64,000 nucleotides of DNA from an uncultured Candidatus Saccharibacteria bacterium (GTDB taxonomy: Bacteria > Patescibacteriota > Doudnabacteria > UBA920): NCBI GenBank assembly GCA_964436545.1, contig CAYTCJ010000006.1, positions 4,729 to 68,728 on the forward strand, in the 5' to 3' direction. Under the pieces are notes generated by a model. That model saw only the letters and a program-made list of their open reading frames with translations, was not told the DNA's origin and did not search any database. This document shows positions 1-9,923 of this stretch, one piece after another (within the stretch, counting starts at the first letter, position 1; the number at the start of each line of letters is the position of its first letter). The position numbers were made by a program, and so were the translations under genes.

Positions 1-252
1 CCCCCTCTTAATCTCCCCCATCAAGGGGGAGAAATAAAGCAGAGAAATTGATCTTCCCCATCAAGGGGGAGAAAACAAGCAAGAAAACCTTGCAATTTAT
101 CTCCCTCAGAGTGTATCTAATGTGCGGAAGGTTTAATTAGCTTATTCCCTCCTCTTTGTAGGGAGAGTTAGAGCTTGCCCCGTACTTGATACAGGGGGAG
201 GGGGATTTTGTAGTTTTCCTCCCATGGATATGGGGAGGACTAAGGAGGGGTT
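1..252. repeat. Cluster of GC-rich palindromic (CCCTCCCC-N5-GGGGAGGG-type) repeats downstream of DUF559 gene
   Basis: Hairpins such as ctcccccatcaagggggag (twice), ctcccatgggatatggggag and cttgccccgtacttgatacagggg read directly. Confidence 0.8.
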
Positions 253-254
253 GA

Positions 255-581
255 CTATTTTAGATATCCCATTATTTTTAAAACTACACCCTCTCTATTT
301 TCTAACACTTCATTATTCCAAAACCTTAAAACTTTAAAACCTTGTTCTTCAAGCCATACATCCCTAACTTTATCATCCTCATTTTGATAATGCTGTCCGC
401 CGTCCAGTTCAATTATAAGCTTTTTTTCATAAGCTACAAAATCGACAATATAACTTCCTATTGGTTCCTGCCTTCGAAATTTATAACCTAAATTTTCCGC
501 CCGCAGTACATACCACAAATATTTTTCGGCATCTGTAAGATTATTTCTAAGCTTGCGTGATAAGATTGTTTTGTTATTCAT
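255..581 (-). CDS. DUF559 / very-short-patch-like endonuclease domain protein
   Basis: LRNNLTDAEKYLW...KFRRQEPIGSYIVDF...IIELDGGQH...LRFWNNEV signature. Confidence 0.9.
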   Translation of the reverse strand: MNNKTILSRKLRNNLTDAEKYLWYVLRAENLGYKFRRQEPIGSYIVDFVAYEKKLIIELDGGQHYQNEDDKVRDVWLEEQGFKVLRFWNNEVLENREGVVLKIMGYLK

Positions 582-585
582 TCTT

Positions 586-621
586 ACCCCTCCCTATCCC
601 TCCCCATAAAGGGGAGGGAAC
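586..621. repeat. Palindromic repeat upstream of DUF559 gene (family A)
   Basis: acccctccctatccctccccataaaggggagggaac. Confidence 0.85.
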
Positions 622-642
622 CAAGTAATAAAGATCTATTGA

Positions 643-1809
643 TTATTCAGACTTCACTTCTTCTTTTGCGACCTCCGATATTCCTTCTGACTGATCGGCT
701 GATTCGCTGATCGGCTGATTCGCTGATTCAATCTTCTCTCCATTAATATCTATTTTCCAGCCGGTAAGCCGAGCAGCGAGGCGGACATTTTGCCCCGCTT
801 TACCAATGGCTAAAGACAACTGATCTTCCATCACGCCCACTTTCGCTTCTTTGGTTTCTTCGTTTAATTGCACGTTTAAAATTTTTGCCGGAGACAAACT
901 ATTGGCAATAAATTTTACCGCATCGTCGCTATATTCAATAATATCAATTTTTTCCCCGCCCAATTCCGCCATAACCGTTTGCACGCGACTCCCTTTTTGC
1001 CCCACGCAAGCCCCAATGGGGTCTATGCCGTCTTGGTTGGCAATTACCGCAATCTTGCTTCGGCTACCGGCTTCCCGAGCAACAGATTTAATTTCCACAC
1101 TTCCGCTATAAATTTCCGGCACTTCAATTTCAAATAATTTTCGGACCATATCCGGATGGCAACGAGACAGAGTAATCTTTGGACCTTTTGCCGCCGGTTC
1201 CACATGCAAAATTAAAACTTTAAGTCTTTGTCCAATAGTATATCTTTCGCCTCGAATTTGTTCGGAAGGAAACAAAACTCCCACCGACTTACCCAAATCC
1301 ACCAGCACGGTATCGCCCTCAATTCTTTGAATAATGCCGTTTTGCAAAGTGCGTTCTTTGGCTTTAAAATCGGAAAATTGCATATTGCGTTCCGCTTCTC
1401 TTAATTTCTGAATAATTACTTGTTTAGCGGTTTGCGCGGCAATGCGACCAAAATTGGTGCCACTCTTGGGTGTAATGTCGGTTTTAATAACCTCGCCCAC
1501 TTTATAGCTTTTTTTAATTTTTCTGGCTTCTTCCAAAGCAATTTGCTTCTGCGGATCGAATACCACTTCTGCGTCCGGATTTTCCAAACTTGCTTGCACA
1601 AACTCATCACTTACCACTTCTTTGACATCAAAAACTTTAACCGATAAATTTTCCGGACTAAATTCTACCTGCACGTTTTGTTCTTTAGTGCCATAATCTT
1701 TTCTAAAGGCTGCGGCTAAAGAAATTTCTATCATACCTAAAATTTCGGCGCGGGAAATACCTTTTTCTTCTTCAATTTGTCTTAAGGCTTGTTCTAATTG
1801 ATCGTTCAT
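643..1809 (-). CDS. nusA: Transcription termination/antitermination factor NusA
   Basis: FGRIAAQTAKQVIIQK, AREAGSRSKIAV, GACVGQKGSRV, AIGKAGQNVRLAARLTGWKIDI. Confidence 0.97.
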   Translation of the reverse strand: MNDQLEQALRQIEEEKGISRAEILGMIEISLAAAFRKDYGTKEQNVQVEFSPENLSVKVFDVKEVVSDEFVQASLENPDAEVVFDPQKQIALEEARKIKKSYKVGEVIKTDITPKSGTNFGRIAAQTAKQVIIQKLREAERNMQFSDFKAKERTLQNGIIQRIEGDTVLVDLGKSVGVLFPSEQIRGERYTIGQRLKVLILHVEPAAKGPKITLSRCHPDMVRKLFEIEVPEIYSGSVEIKSVAREAGSRSKIAVIANQDGIDPIGACVGQKGSRVQTVMAELGGEKIDIIEYSDDAVKFIANSLSPAKILNVQLNEETKEAKVGVMEDQLSLAIGKAGQNVRLAARLTGWKIDINGEKIESANQPISESADQSEGISEVAKEEVKSE

Positions 1810-1982
1810 AAGTTTAGTGATTAGTGCTTAGTAGTTAGTAAAATCTTATTTGTCGTATTAGATTTATTTGTCCTATCTGACCGATTGGTCTTATTATTTT
1901 TGTTTTCCCCTTTTCTCTCCCGCCTGCCATCGCCTACGGCTCAGGCCAATGGCGGGCAGGCTTTAATCCCATTCAACCTATT

Positions 1983-3038
1983 TTAATTAGTGAGTTTAAA
2001 TGTTGAGAGAATTTTTAAAACATCTCCAGAGTTATGTTCAGCGCCCCAAACTAAAACTGCAAAATAAACCCTATTATTATTGCCTGGAGCATAATAAATT
2101 TCAAATTGTCCGCCTGGGCCAGATAAAACTTTATTATAGTGGGTAAAATTTACAATTTTTTTACTTTCAATTTTTGTCTCCATCGCACCTTCCCAATTTA
2201 GCTGACCTTCAACAATACTCGCATTTAAATTCGTAATTTCTTTCTCATAAGTTACCGCAGTCAAGTTTCTTTTCTGAATCTGTATTTTAATACCTAACGG
2301 ATTACCTCGTTCATACTTGGCATCGTCAGCATTATAATTTACCAGATTATGTTCTCCCCAAACCCTAAAGTTTGTTGGGTATTTTATTTCATACCCATCC
2401 TTCATATTGGTATAAGTCTTCCAATTAGATGCTTCAGCTTGATCTGTAAATTTAAAAGTAGAAAGAATTTTGGGAATCTCAAAATTTATTTTACTTACAT
2501 CCTCAGGTAAAGCATTAAAATGAGTGTAAGTGCTGTAATAGTAAACCCTATCTTTATCTTCAGTAATTTTTCCATCAACTGTGCTGACATTACTTTTATC
2601 CTTATTTACCACCATAATGGAAAAGGGTGCCACGTACCCACAAACTTCATCGGTTACTTGCATAACACACTTAGTTTTATCAACCGTTGGCACCGCAAAC
2701 TGTAAAAACGTTGCCGAACCCACACCTTGACTGCCTTCAGAAGAAAAAACTTTATACCCTTTCCACGCATCGGTTAAAGTCAACTCAAAACCAAATTTCT
2801 CGTTTTGGTAAGTCTGCCAACTTTTAACAACATTCCGGTCACTCTCTTCTAAGCTTTCCGGTTTGGGTAATAATGGCTTGTTTTCTACCACCGGACTCAC
2901 CACCGGTTTGGCGGTTAATAAATACACAATTGCCACCAATAACATAACAATTACTCCCAAAAGGCTAATGATGATTGGTTTATTAATTGTAGCTTGGGCC
3001 TTAACTAAATTTTGCTCAACAGGATTTTGATTATCCAT
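1983..3038 (-). CDS. Membrane-anchored protein with two PsbP-like repeats
   Basis: N-terminal TM helix; repeated W(Q/K)TY.N...G(F/Y)E...KILSTFK(F/L)T modules; ATG at 3038 preferred as start. Confidence 0.65.
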   Translation of the reverse strand: MDNQNPVEQNLVKAQATINKPIIISLLGVIVMLLVAIVYLLTAKPVVSPVVENKPLLPKPESLEESDRNVVKSWQTYQNEKFGFELTLTDAWKGYKVFSSEGSQGVGSATFLQFAVPTVDKTKCVMQVTDEVCGYVAPFSIMVVNKDKSNVSTVDGKITEDKDRVYYYSTYTHFNALPEDVSKINFEIPKILSTFKFTDQAEASNWKTYTNMKDGYEIKYPTNFRVWGEHNLVNYNADDAKYERGNPLGIKIQIQKRNLTAVTYEKEITNLNASIVEGQLNWEGAMETKIESKKIVNFTHYNKVLSGPGGQFEIYYAPGNNNRVYFAVLVWGAEHNSGDVLKILSTFKLTN

Positions 3039-3202
3039 AAATTTTTTTAACTCCAAATCTATCTAATCTTTCCAAATTTTTCCCTTCGGATTATTCGGAT
3101 ATAATTTTTCGGATTAGGATCGGTTAATTTAATAAAAAAGATGAGCACGCGCTCATCATTATACTCTTCAATCATCTGTGCTGTCTGTATAACCCTTCAA
3201 AC

Positions 3203-3703
3203 TCAATTCCAGTCCTCTACCACACTTGAGTAAATTTTAACAGATTCAAGAATCTTGTCAACCCCGTTAGAGGCAGGTTGCCCTAGAGCAACCGTAGACA
3301 TGCCAGAGACATGTCGGCCTCTAACGGGGTCAATACCCCTCATAATTACTACGCACACATCTATTTGAGGATTAAGCTCTTTATATTGCTGATTTTGGAT
3401 TAAAAATATTTTAACCGCTTTGAGTATTTTTCTTTGCTTATAAATATCTACGGCATCTAAAGCGTTGCCAAAAAAACCTTTTTCTTCCGCTCTTGTTTTT
3501 ACCTCAACAAATATTATCTTGTTTCCCTGCGTTGCAATAAAATCTATTTCACCTAACCGTTTACCTTTCTTATTATACTCGTTCTGTGCAATAATTTTAT
3601 ATCCTAATTTTTTATATTCTGCCTGAGCCAACTCTTCACCCAGTTGTCCTAAAGTTTTAGGCTTAGCTATGCCCTGAGGAGACTTTTTAAACCAATTTAA
3701 CAT
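3203..3703 (-). CDS. YraN family (UPF0102) endonuclease-like protein with in-frame palindromic insert
   Basis: LGQLGEELA..GYKIIAQN..GEIDFIA..IFVEVKTR. Confidence 0.9.
   Translation of the reverse strand: MLNWFKKSPQGIAKPKTLGQLGEELAQAEYKKLGYKIIAQNEYNKKGKRLGEIDFIATQGNKIIFVEVKTRAEEKGFFGNALDAVDIYKQRKILKAVKIFLIQNQQYKELNPQIDVCVVIMRGIDPVRGRHVSGMSTVALGQPASNGVDKILESVKIYSSVVEDWN
3234..3261 (-). promoter_or_regulatory. Intragenic sigma70-type promoter TTGACA-16-TAAAAT (extended -10)
   Basis: Minus strand ttgaca agattcttgaatctgt taaaat. Confidence 0.55.
3261..3330. repeat. 70-nt ACCCCGTTAGA..TCTAACGGGGT element (family B) inside yraN-like gene
   Basis: Terminal IR accccgttagagg/cctctaacggggt plus two internal hairpins. 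Confidence 0.85.
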
Positions 3704-3789
3704 AAGAACAGCGTTTAGGCTTTAGCGTTTAGTAAGTAGCCAAAACTGTATAATATTCCGGCTAAACGCTACTTACTACTTACTAAATG

Positions 3790-4194
3790 CTATTTTGGTA
3801 AGTACTTTATTTTTACCTGCTCTTTTTCCCACTGAAGTTTGTCTGTTTGGTAAGTTTTTATTCCTCTAAAAATTAAGGCCCCTAACCAAACTAAAAATAT
3901 TAAGAGTAATAAAATTGCCAAAAAATGCGAACCAAAAAATCTTACTAGCTGTACTCGCGCGCCATACCACACAATTTGCGCTAAACCTAAAAACAAAAAT
4001 GGACCAAACAACTTACCCCGCAATTTGGCATCAATGGGGCTTAGAGCAAATTTTTGGGCTAACTTTAAAATGCCGGCAATAATTAAAGCCACCAAACCTA
4101 AAAATAAAAATAATTTATCTATAGGCTCCACTTGAACTCGGTTAATTTGAAACAAAAATTGTGAAGTAAAAATTGTTTTTAACATAGTTTTCAA
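3790..4194 (-). CDS. Hypothetical membrane protein
   Basis: Three hydrophobic segments; fits operon spacing. Confidence 0.7.
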   Translation of the reverse strand: MKTMLKTIFTSQFLFQINRVQVEPIDKLFLFLGLVALIIAGILKLAQKFALSPIDAKLRGKLFGPFLFLGLAQIVWYGARVQLVRFFGSHFLAILLLLIFLVWLGALIFRGIKTYQTDKLQWEKEQVKIKYLPK

Positions 4195-4299
4195 CTATAC
4201 AAATTAGTCAAATCAACAAATGTTTACAAATAAATTAAACAAAAACATTTGGTATCCGTAAGTATTTGTAAATTTGTTTTCATTCGCGGATTTGAAAAA

Positions 4300-4833
4300 T
4301 TATTTTAAAAATAACACAGCGTAATGATACCCATCGGCTTCTAAATCTTTCCCTTTTCTAAAGCCTGCTTTCATTAATACCATTTCCGCCATAGTTTGGT
4401 CAAGTCGGTTTTGCATAGGCGGACCAATGGGAGAAAGTTCCTTTTTCCATTCAATTACCACAATTTTCCCCCCGGTTTTAAGGATTCTATACGCATTCTT
4501 TAACAACATTTCTCTGCCTTGGCCAATTTCGTGCATAATATTACTTAACACCACCATATTAACGCTATCGGCTTCTATATCTAAAAGCGGTTTGGCTAAA
4601 TCCGCTCTTACCACTTTAATGTTTCTGTAACCATATTGGTTAGCAATAGAAATGGTGGCAGCGAGTTTACTCTCTTGCACATCTACAGCAATTACCGCAC
4701 CTTCCGGACCGGCTAATTGAGCCGAAGGCAAAACATAAAAGCCATTACCACAGCCGAGGTCAGCCACCACTTCCCCGCGCATGAGTCCGGTTTGGGCAAT
4801 GATTGAAGATGGGTTAATAAATTTTGTTAACAT
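4300..4833 (-). CDS. Class I SAM-dependent methyltransferase
   Basis: VADLGCGNG motif I; LKTGGKIVVIEW. Confidence 0.9.
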   Translation of the reverse strand: MLTKFINPSSIIAQTGLMRGEVVADLGCGNGFYVLPSAQLAGPEGAVIAVDVQESKLAATISIANQYGYRNIKVVRADLAKPLLDIEADSVNMVVLSNIMHEIGQGREMLLKNAYRILKTGGKIVVIEWKKELSPIGPPMQNRLDQTMAEMVLMKAGFRKGKDLEADGYHYAVLFLK

Positions 4834-4906
4834 TTTGATTTTATCTAAGTCTTATGAGCTCTATCCGACTTATTAGTCTTCAATTTAATTTGAACATATT
4901 GTGAAA

Positions 4907-5288
4907 TTATGTTTCTATATCTTCCTGAGCAGAAACTGCCATGTCAACAGCTAAACTTTCTAATCTACCATACTCGGACATAAGAGCTTGTTGTCTTTCT
5001 TCGAGACTGGCTTTAATAGATTTTCTTTTATATTCAGCTTCAGTTAAATCCTTAAAACTTGGCGCTACGCTCTGTCCAGAAAAAGCTAATTCACTTGCCA
5101 TCCTGGATTCACTAAACCGGCTAGCCAAAGGCATTGTGGAAATTTCGCCAATCAACTCACTAATTTTTTGAATAGCTTCCTGCAGAGGCCTTCCCACAGG
5201 TCCTTCTTCAAATCTTTTTTTTTGCTTCTATAACATAAGGAGGTTCAATTTCCCTTACTCCTACTCCTATTTCTATTTTTGGAGTCAT
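4907..5288 (-). pseudogene. Hypothetical protein frameshifted at an A9 tract
   Basis: ATG at 5288 reads MTPKIEIGVGVREIEPPYVIEAKK; removing one A from the A9 run (5215-5223) fuses it to ORF 4907..5197. Confidence 0.5.
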
Positions 5289-5308
5289 GTGATTTTTTAT
5301 TAATCAAA

Positions 5309-6199
5309 CTAATTTATTTCTTGATACAGTTTTTGTATAGCAATAGCCTTGCTGTCATTTCCAATTTCCACTAGCACCCCATTAATACCCATAGCCCCAG
5401 TCTCTTCCAGTTCATTCACAAATTTGGCATTAGGATCTAAAAATTTTACTAAAGCGTTTTCAAATTTTACACCCAAAGCGCTGTCCCGACTGCCAGTCAT
5501 GCCCACATCACTAACATAAGCAGTGCCGTTCTTCATTATATGCGCATCGGCAGTAGCCACATGCGTATGCGTCCCTACCACCACCGACACTCTACCATCT
5601 ACATAAAAACCCAGAGTCTTTTTTTCACTGGTAGCTTCGGCGTGGAAATCTATAAATATTATATCACCTTTTTGCGCTTCGTTCTTAAGTAACTTATCCA
5701 CTTCCCAAAACGGATTACCCAGCTTCCCATCAAAAAACTTTTCACAAAATACCTGCCCGTGAAGGTTAATAACTAGGAATTGTTGATTTTTCATCCTCCC
5801 CTCGCCCTGCTCATCAAGGAAGGGGGAAGATTTTTTTCCCTCCCCTTGGTGGGGAGGGATAGGGAGGGGGGTCAAATTTTTACTAAACCTATAGTACCCA
5901 AACCCGGGAAAACTACCTTCCAAATTAGCCGGACGAATCAGTTTTGGGTATTGTTCAAAACTGACTTTGGCTAATTCCGCTTTATCGAAAATATGATTGC
6001 CGGAAGTAAAACAATCTACTCCTAAGCTGTCAATTTCCGCTAAGGTGGAAGGCGTAACCCCTTTCCCGTGCGCAAGATTTTCTACGTTGATAATGGTGAC
6101 GTCTGGCTGATATTTTTCTTTCCACATAGGCAAAACCTGGGCGAGAATGTTTCGTCCAGGTTTACCCACCACATCACCGATGAATAAGATTTTTGCCAT
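5309..6199 (-). CDS. YmdB/TIGR00282 family metallophosphoesterase with in-frame palindromic insert
   Basis: ILFIGDVVGKPGR, NVEN, TSGNH, DFHAEATSEK, GTHTHV, DVGMTG. Confidence 0.93.
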   Translation of the reverse strand: MAKILFIGDVVGKPGRNILAQVLPMWKEKYQPDVTIINVENLAHGKGVTPSTLAEIDSLGVDCFTSGNHIFDKAELAKVSFEQYPKLIRPANLEGSFPGFGYYRFSKNLTPLPIPPHQGEGKKSSPFLDEQGEGRMKNQQFLVINLHGQVFCEKFFDGKLGNPFWEVDKLLKNEAQKGDIIFIDFHAEATSEKKTLGFYVDGRVSVVVGTHTHVATADAHIMKNGTAYVSDVGMTGSRDSALGVKFENALVKFLDPNAKFVNELEETGAMGINGVLVEIGNDSKAIAIQKLYQEIN

Positions 6200-6236
6200 T
6201 TATATTCCACTAATTCACCAATAATTACGAATCACA

Positions 6237-6617
6237 CTAATTTACTACCCTTTTCGTTAATACACCTTTTTTTGAAAAAATTAACAATATTCCTAATTTT
6301 ACACTATTTGACTTCAGATACCCGTAAACCTGCCTAATGTGTTGCGGATATATTTCATTAGCCACCTTAAGCTCTACAACTATTTTTGCATCATCCTTTA
6401 CTAACAAAAAATCTAAATAATATCTACCAATGGATTTTCCTCCTACTTCTAAAGGAGTCAAAAGTTGCTCAGTAACTTTAAACCCCAAATCGACAAAAGC
6501 ATTCTTTAATCCACGATAGTAATATTTCTCCTGATATCCATAACCTAATTCATTAAAAACTTTTATGGCAGCACCTACTATCTCATAACTTTTTTCTTTA
6601 TAAATAAGCTCTGCCAT
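6237..6617 (-). CDS. GxxExxY family protein (PD-(D/E)xK-like)
   Basis: ELGYGYQEKYY, DFLL...VVELKV, YLK...LGILLIF. Confidence 0.9.
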   Translation of the reverse strand: MAELIYKEKSYEIVGAAIKVFNELGYGYQEKYYYRGLKNAFVDLGFKVTEQLLTPLEVGGKSIGRYYLDFLLVKDDAKIVVELKVANEIYPQHIRQVYGYLKSNSVKLGILLIFSKKGVLTKRVVN

Positions 6618-6661
6618 TTTTCGTGTTATTAGTGTTAATTCGTGAATTAGTGGATTATCAA

Positions 6662-8203
6662 TTACCTCGCATATTCTATTACTCTAGTTTCCCTAATCAC
6701 ATGCACTTTAATTTCCCCAGGGAATTTGAGTTCGTTCTGAATTTGATTGGCAATATCTCTAGCCATTTTTTGTGCACCAAAATCATCAACTCTTTCCGGA
6801 AACACAAACACACGAAGCTCTCGCCCGCCTTGAATGGCATAAGTTTTTTGCACACCTTCGTAACCGTTGGCAATATTTTCCAAGTCCGTAAGCCGTTTAA
6901 TATAGTTTTCCAAACTGTCTTTACGAGCCCCCGGACGACTTCCGGAAATATTATCGCACACGTCCACAATTACCGCTTCAATACTGGTAGCTCTCTGGGC
7001 CTTCCCCGATACATCGGTATCGTGGTGATGGCTGGCAATGGCCTCTTTGATTCTTTCGTCTAAACTGAATTTCTCCGCAATCTTCACGCCTAATTCCACA
7101 TGACTACCTTCCAAATCTTGGTCCAAAGCTTTGCCAATATCGTGAAGGAGCGCGCCTTGTTTAACAATATTTACATCCGCGCCTAATTCTTCGGCGAGCA
7201 ATGCGCCAATTTTGGCCATTTCCACACTGTGCCTTAAAATATTTTGCCCATAAGAGGTTCTAAACAACATCCTCCCCACCAAATGCACTAATTTTGGAGG
7301 GAAATTGGTAATACCCAATTCGTAAACGGCTTGTTCGCCGGCTTGTTTAATTTGCTCATTAATTTCCGCCTTGCTCTTCTCATAAGCCTCTTCTATTCTG
7401 GCCGGATGAATTCTGCCATCTACTAATAACTTTTCTAAAGTTAATTTGGCAATATGCCTTCTAATGGCATTAAAGCCCGAGAGCACCACGGTGTCCGGCG
7501 AATCATCTATTAAAATCTCCACGCCCATCATTTGTTCAAAAGCGCGAATATTTCTGCCTTCTTTACCAATAATTCTCCCTTTCATTTCTTCGCTGGGAAT
7601 TTGCACTACCGTGGTAGTAACTTCATTCGTCACTTCGCTCGATACTCTTTCCAAAGCTTGAGCGACTAAATCCCTCGCTTCTTTGTCTGCGGTTTCATAA
7701 GCTTCATTGAGTAATTTCTTTTGCAGATCCGCCATTTCCTCTCTCACCAATTTTTCCGCATTTTCCAAAAGTACTTTTTTGGCGTCTTCTCTGGAAAGTC
7801 CGGCAATTTTTTCCAAATTTTCCAACTGTTTTTGCTTGACCTGTTTGATTTCTTCTTGCAAAACTTTAATTTCTTCTTGCTTGTGTTCAATGTCTTGCTT
7901 GGCTTTGTCCAAATTTAAAGATTTGGTTTCCAAATCTTTTTCTTTTCTATCGACTCTTTCTTCAAACCTTACCATTTGCGCTCGAAAATCCATTTCTTGC
8001 TTTTTGGCACTCTCCACCATTTCCAAAGACTTGGCTTTGGCCTCTAACAGCATTTCTTTTTCTTTATTTTTTGCCTCATCTAAAATTCTTTCAGCCTTGG
8101 CTTCCGCGCTTCCAATTTTTTTGCCTGCCAAATGCTGACGAATGGCATAGCCTATCCCAATCCCTAACACAGTACCAACCACTAAATACATAAGCATTAA
8201 CAT
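6662..8203 (-). CDS. rny: Ribonuclease Y
   Basis: N-terminal TM, coiled coil, KH (KGRIIGKEGRNIR), HD (LLHDIGK); start near 8203. Confidence 0.96.
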   Translation of the reverse strand: MLMLMYLVVGTVLGIGIGYAIRQHLAGKKIGSAEAKAERILDEAKNKEKEMLLEAKAKSLEMVESAKKQEMDFRAQMVRFEERVDRKEKDLETKSLNLDKAKQDIEHKQEEIKVLQEEIKQVKQKQLENLEKIAGLSREDAKKVLLENAEKLVREEMADLQKKLLNEAYETADKEARDLVAQALERVSSEVTNEVTTTVVQIPSEEMKGRIIGKEGRNIRAFEQMMGVEILIDDSPDTVVLSGFNAIRRHIAKLTLEKLLVDGRIHPARIEEAYEKSKAEINEQIKQAGEQAVYELGITNFPPKLVHLVGRMLFRTSYGQNILRHSVEMAKIGALLAEELGADVNIVKQGALLHDIGKALDQDLEGSHVELGVKIAEKFSLDERIKEAIASHHHDTDVSGKAQRATSIEAVIVDVCDNISGSRPGARKDSLENYIKRLTDLENIANGYEGVQKTYAIQGGRELRVFVFPERVDDFGAQKMARDIANQIQNELKFPGEIKVHVIRETRVIEYAR

Positions 8204-8478
8204 AAAAAATACCTTACATCGGCAATGTAAAGCTGGCAATACAAAATTTAACTGAGAACCTCAGTTTAAATAATCTTTTTGAGAACTGGCTCGATTCGGA
8301 AAAATAAAGTTTTCACGGAACTAATCAATAAAAGATAAATTTTGTCTGCTTAAGCCTACCATTGCGGAATTAATCAATAATTACTACTAAAAATAGTATA
8401 CCTAAATTTGTGATTTTCGTCAAACCGGATTATAATAAAAATACTTTGATTCTTTATTCTTAATCTTAAATCTAGCTT

Positions 8479-9063
8479 ATGAAACATATCCTTCCCAAGC
8501 TCAACTACGCTTACTCTGACTTAGAGCCATACATCGATGCCAAAACTATGGAACTGCACCACACCAAACACCACCAAACTTATGTAGATAAATTAAATAC
8601 TGTTTTGGAAAAATATCCGGAACTACAAGGCAAGCCGGTTGAAGAGCTTTTGATGAACATTACCGGTTTAGATGTCCAAGAAGCGGACAAAATCCAGATT
8701 ATAAACCATGGCGGAGGGCACCACAATCACACACTTTTTTGGCAATACTTAAACCCTCAAAATAAAAAAGACGATATGCTTGTGAAAGAAATATCATCTC
8801 TTTTTGGATCTATTGAAGATTTTAAAAAACAATTTTCAGATTCTGCTCTAAAAGTTTTCGGCTCAGGCTGGACTTGGCTGGTTCGAAATGGTTCAAATTC
8901 CAAACTTGAGATTAAAAATTTTCCTAACCAAGACTCGCCTTTGATGTCGGGTTTTCAACCGATACTTGGACTAGATGTTTGGGAACACGCCTATTATTTA
9001 AAATATCAAAACAAAAGAGCGGAATATATTGAAAACTGGTGGAAGGTAATTAAGGCGCTCTGA
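8479..9063 (+). CDS. sodA: Fe/Mn superoxide dismutase
   Basis: HHTKHHQTYV, GGGHHNHTLFW, DVWEHAYY. Confidence 0.95.
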   Translation: MKHILPKLNYAYSDLEPYIDAKTMELHHTKHHQTYVDKLNTVLEKYPELQGKPVEELLMNITGLDVQEADKIQIINHGGGHHNHTLFWQYLNPQNKKDDMLVKEISSLFGSIEDFKKQFSDSALKVFGSGWTWLVRNGSNSKLEIKNFPNQDSPLMSGFQPILGLDVWEHAYYLKYQNKRAEYIENWWKVIKAL

Positions 9064-9104
9064 TATCAATGAATGTTTTATAAGTAAAAAAACTATTTAC
9101 TCAA

Positions 9105-9368
9105 TTAGATGTTAGGATTTGTGTGATTACCTGCTGTATATAGCCATTCACCCATATCAACTGTGACGTTGCTTAGTACATCTTTTTTCATTAAATGCTT
9201 AGTTTTACCATTGACCCAAAACTGAAAATCTCTTCCACTAATGTTGTGGTTAATAACCACGCCAAACAGACATCGCCTAAGAGCTGTCATTACTGATTCT
9301 GGGACTGTTTCTATACCTATTTCCAGAGAAGCAGGTATTGACTTAAATTCATCCGGATTTCTGTTCAT
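9105..9368 (-). CDS. Hypothetical protein
   Basis: Stand-alone ATG ORF filling the intergenic gap. Confidence 0.45.
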   Translation of the reverse strand: MNRNPDEFKSIPASLEIGIETVPESVMTALRRCLFGVVINHNISGRDFQFWVNGKTKHLMKKDVLSNVTVDMGEWLYTAGNHTNPNI

Positions 9369-9430
9369 AAATTTTTTAATATTTTTTTTAACATACCTAA
9401 TTCTTTAACGCTTGTCAAAAACCTCACAAT

Positions 9431-9474
9431 ATAAAACACCCTACTTAGTGTAAGTTTAAGCAGGGTGTTTTTAT
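9431..9474. terminator. Rho-independent terminator after rplS
   Basis: aaaacaccct..agggtgtttt inverted repeat. Confidence 0.6.
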
Positions 9475-9499
9475 ATTATTGAAACTATTAATCGCTCTA

Positions 9500-9853
9500 C
9501 TATTTTTTCACTACTTTAGTTTTTCTGATTCTCGGATTATTATCTTTTCTTTCTCGGACGTAATACAACTTGGCCTTCCGGACATTGTCTGCCTTTACCA
9601 CTTCTAATTTAGAAATATTAGGTGAATGCAGAGGAAAAATTCTTTCCACCCCCACTCCATGCGAGATTTTTCGCACCATAAAACTGGCGTTGGCACCACT
9701 ACCCCCTTTACGGGCAATTACTAAACCTTCAAAAATTTGAGTTCTCTCTTTACCCCCTTCTTTAATGAGTTGGTGAATTTTTACAGTATTACCCACTCGA
9801 AAATCGGGTAAAGTTTTAAGCTGAGCAGTATCTAAATGTTTTATATAAGGCAT
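9500..9853 (-). CDS. rplS: 50S ribosomal protein L19
   Basis: [41 protein letters not shown]. Confidence 0.97.
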   Translation of the reverse strand: MPYIKHLDTAQLKTLPDFRVGNTVKIHQLIKEGGKERTQIFEGLVIARKGGSGANASFMVRKISHGVGVERIFPLHSPNISKLEVVKADNVRKAKLYYVRERKDNNPRIRKTKVVKK

Positions 9854-9923
9854 TGGATTATGAAGTATGAATTAAGAAGCAAGAATTATGAATAAGCAAA
9901 ACTTAATTCATAACTCACCCACT

